The position numbers and the translations under genes are program-made. A model generated the notes under the pieces. That model made no database searches and was not told the DNA's origin. It saw only the letters and a list, made by a program, of their open reading frames with translations. From Gemmata obscuriglobus (GTDB lineage: Bacteria; Planctomycetota; Planctomycetia; Gemmatales; Gemmataceae), in the NCBI RefSeq assembly GCF_008065095.1, contig NZ_CP042911.1, positions 3,360,001 to 3,392,000 of the forward strand: DNA of 32,000 nt, written 5' to 3'. Below are positions 30,796 through 32,000 of the stretch, piece after piece; the stretch's first letter is position 1, and the number at the start of each line of letters is the position of its first letter.

Positions 30796-32000
30796 ATGTC
30801 GAAGATGCCGGTTTACATGGACAACAACGCCACCACCCGCACCGACCCGCGGGTGGTGGACGCGATGCTCCCCTACTTCACCGAGAAGTACGGCAACGCG
30901 GCCAGCCGCAACCACCCGTTCGGGTGGCACGCCGAGGAGGCCGTGGAGACGGCCCGCGGGCAGATCGCCGCGATCATCGGCGCCAGCGCGAAGGAGATCA
31001 TCTTCACGAGCGGCGCGACCGAGAGCAACAACCTTGCGATCAAGGGCGTTGCCGCGATGTACAAGAAAAAAGGCAACCACATCGTCACCCAGGCGACCGA
31101 GCACAAGGCCGTGCTCGACACCTGCAAGCGTCTGGAGCGCGACGGGTTCCAGGTCACGTACCTGCCCGTGGATAAGTACGGCCAGGTCCACGCCGAGCAG
31201 GTGCGGGAGGCGCTGACCGAGAAGACCGTGCTCGTCTCGATCATGGCCGCCAACAACGAGATCGGCAGCCTGTTACCGATCAAGGACATCGGGCGGTTGT
31301 GTAAAGAAAAGGGTGTGCTGTTCCACACCGACGCCGTCCAGGCCGTTGGCAAGGTCCCGCTCGACGTCGAGGCGATGGGCATCGACCTGCTGAGCCTCAC
31401 CGCCCACAAGATCTACGGCCCGAAGGGCATCGGGGCGCTCTACGTCCGCAAGAAGGACCCGCGGGTGCGGCTGGAGCCGCAAATCGACGGCGGCGGGCAC
31501 GAGCGCGGGATGCGGTCCGGGACGCTGCCGGTGCCCCTGATCGTGGGGCTGGGGACCGCGTGCGACATCGCCAAGAACGAGATGGGCGAAGAGGTCGCGC
31601 GGACGTTCGCCCTCCGCGAGCGGCTGCGGAACGGCATCATGTCGAAGCTGCCCGAGAGCTACCTGAACGGGCACCCGACCGAGCGGCTGCCGGGCAACGC
31701 CAACATCAGCTTCGCCTATGTGGAAGGCGAGGGCCTGATGATGGGCATCAAGGACGTGGCGGTGTCGAGCGGGTCGGCCTGCACGAGCGCGAGCCTGGAA
31801 CCGAGTTACGTGCTGCGGGCGCTGGGCGTGGGCGACGAACTGGCGCACTCCAGCATCCGGTTCGGCATCGGCCGCTTCAACACCGAGGCCGAGGTGGACT
31901 TCGTCGTCGAACTGGTCACGCGCGAGGTCACGCGGCTCCGCGAAATGTCCCCACTGTACGAGATGGTGCAGGCCGGGATCGACCTCAAGTCGATCGAGTG
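30796..32000 (+). CDS. iscS: cysteine desulfurase (IscS/NifS class I), 3'-truncated by the window end
   Basis: Not in the ORF track because it has an open end. The sequence from ATG 30796 is [42 protein letters not shown]...[15 protein letters not shown]...TEHKAVLD...[10 protein letters not shown]...[10 protein letters not shown]...[22 protein letters not shown]...[13 protein letters not shown]...[20 protein letters not shown]. Confidence 0.9.
   Translation, partial: MSKMPVYMDNNATTRTDPRVVDAMLPYFTEKYGNAASRNHPFGWHAEEAVETARGQIAAIIGASAKEIIFTSGATESNNLAIKGVAAMYKKKGNHIVTQATEHKAVLDTCKRLERDGFQVTYLPVDKYGQVHAEQVREALTEKTVLVSIMAANNEIGSLLPIKDIGRLCKEKGVLFHTDAVQAVGKVPLDVEAMGIDLLSLTAHKIYGPKGIGALYVRKKDPRVRLEPQIDGGGHERGMRSGTLPVPLIVGLGTACDIAKNEMGEEVARTFALRERLRNGIMSKLPESYLNGHPTERLPGNANISFAYVEGEGLMMGIKDVAVSSGSACTSASLEPSYVLRALGVGDELAHSSIRFGIGRFNTEAEVDFVVELVTREVTRLREMSPLYEMVQAGIDLKSIE

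Noticed and set aside
1-32000. Mobile elements, prophage, integrase/transposase genes, rRNA, toxin-antitoxin pairs and known defence systems.
   Set aside because: None of the credible ORFs showed the corresponding motifs (DDE/Y-recombinase, capsid/terminase, PIN/RelE etc.), so nothing was called.

Overview
High-GC (about 65-75% in coding regions) bacterial chromosomal segment. It is probably from a Planctomycetota, Gemmata-like genome; this is inferred from a PSCyt1 'planctomycete cytochrome c' domain protein, many lipobox/TM-anchored orphan proteins and weak Shine-Dalgarno usage. Most of the window is ordinary chromosome. It holds an FAD oxidase fragment, a DcuC transporter, a DUF885 protein, two MFS transporters and acpH. 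It also holds a ThuA-like protein, a GAF-PP2C phosphatase, hisD-hisC-hisB, a CCA-adding-family nucleotidyltransferase, a GT2 glycosyltransferase and an Rrf2(IscR-like)-iscS pair. No CRISPR array, rRNA, canonical tRNA, transposase or integrase was recognised. Four things are not explained by routine annotation. (1) A ~530-nt non-coding locus (27577-28121) lies directly upstream of the CCA-adding-enzyme gene. It contains tRNA-type half-molecules in a non-canonical order, including one complete cloverleaf core encoded in circularly permuted order with its acceptor stem capped by a loop (27910-27988), which resembles a YrlA/Y-RNA-type tRNA mimic. (2) A co-directional three-gene cluster (23369-27576) encodes a coiled-coil protein with a GrpE-like C-terminal domain, an SBD-less Hsp70/actin-fold (ASKHA) ATPase, and a zinc-ribbon/TM/beta-rich membrane protein. 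(3) A lower-GC island (about 15000-17950) holds four orphan genes and ends in a divergent phosphoribosyltransferase-like protein. (4) A nested-palindrome repeat family occurs three times, always between co-directional genes. Its termini are conserved and its internal hairpins show compensatory changes. Many long ORFs in the supplied track are antisense shadow frames typical of high-GC DNA and were rejected.
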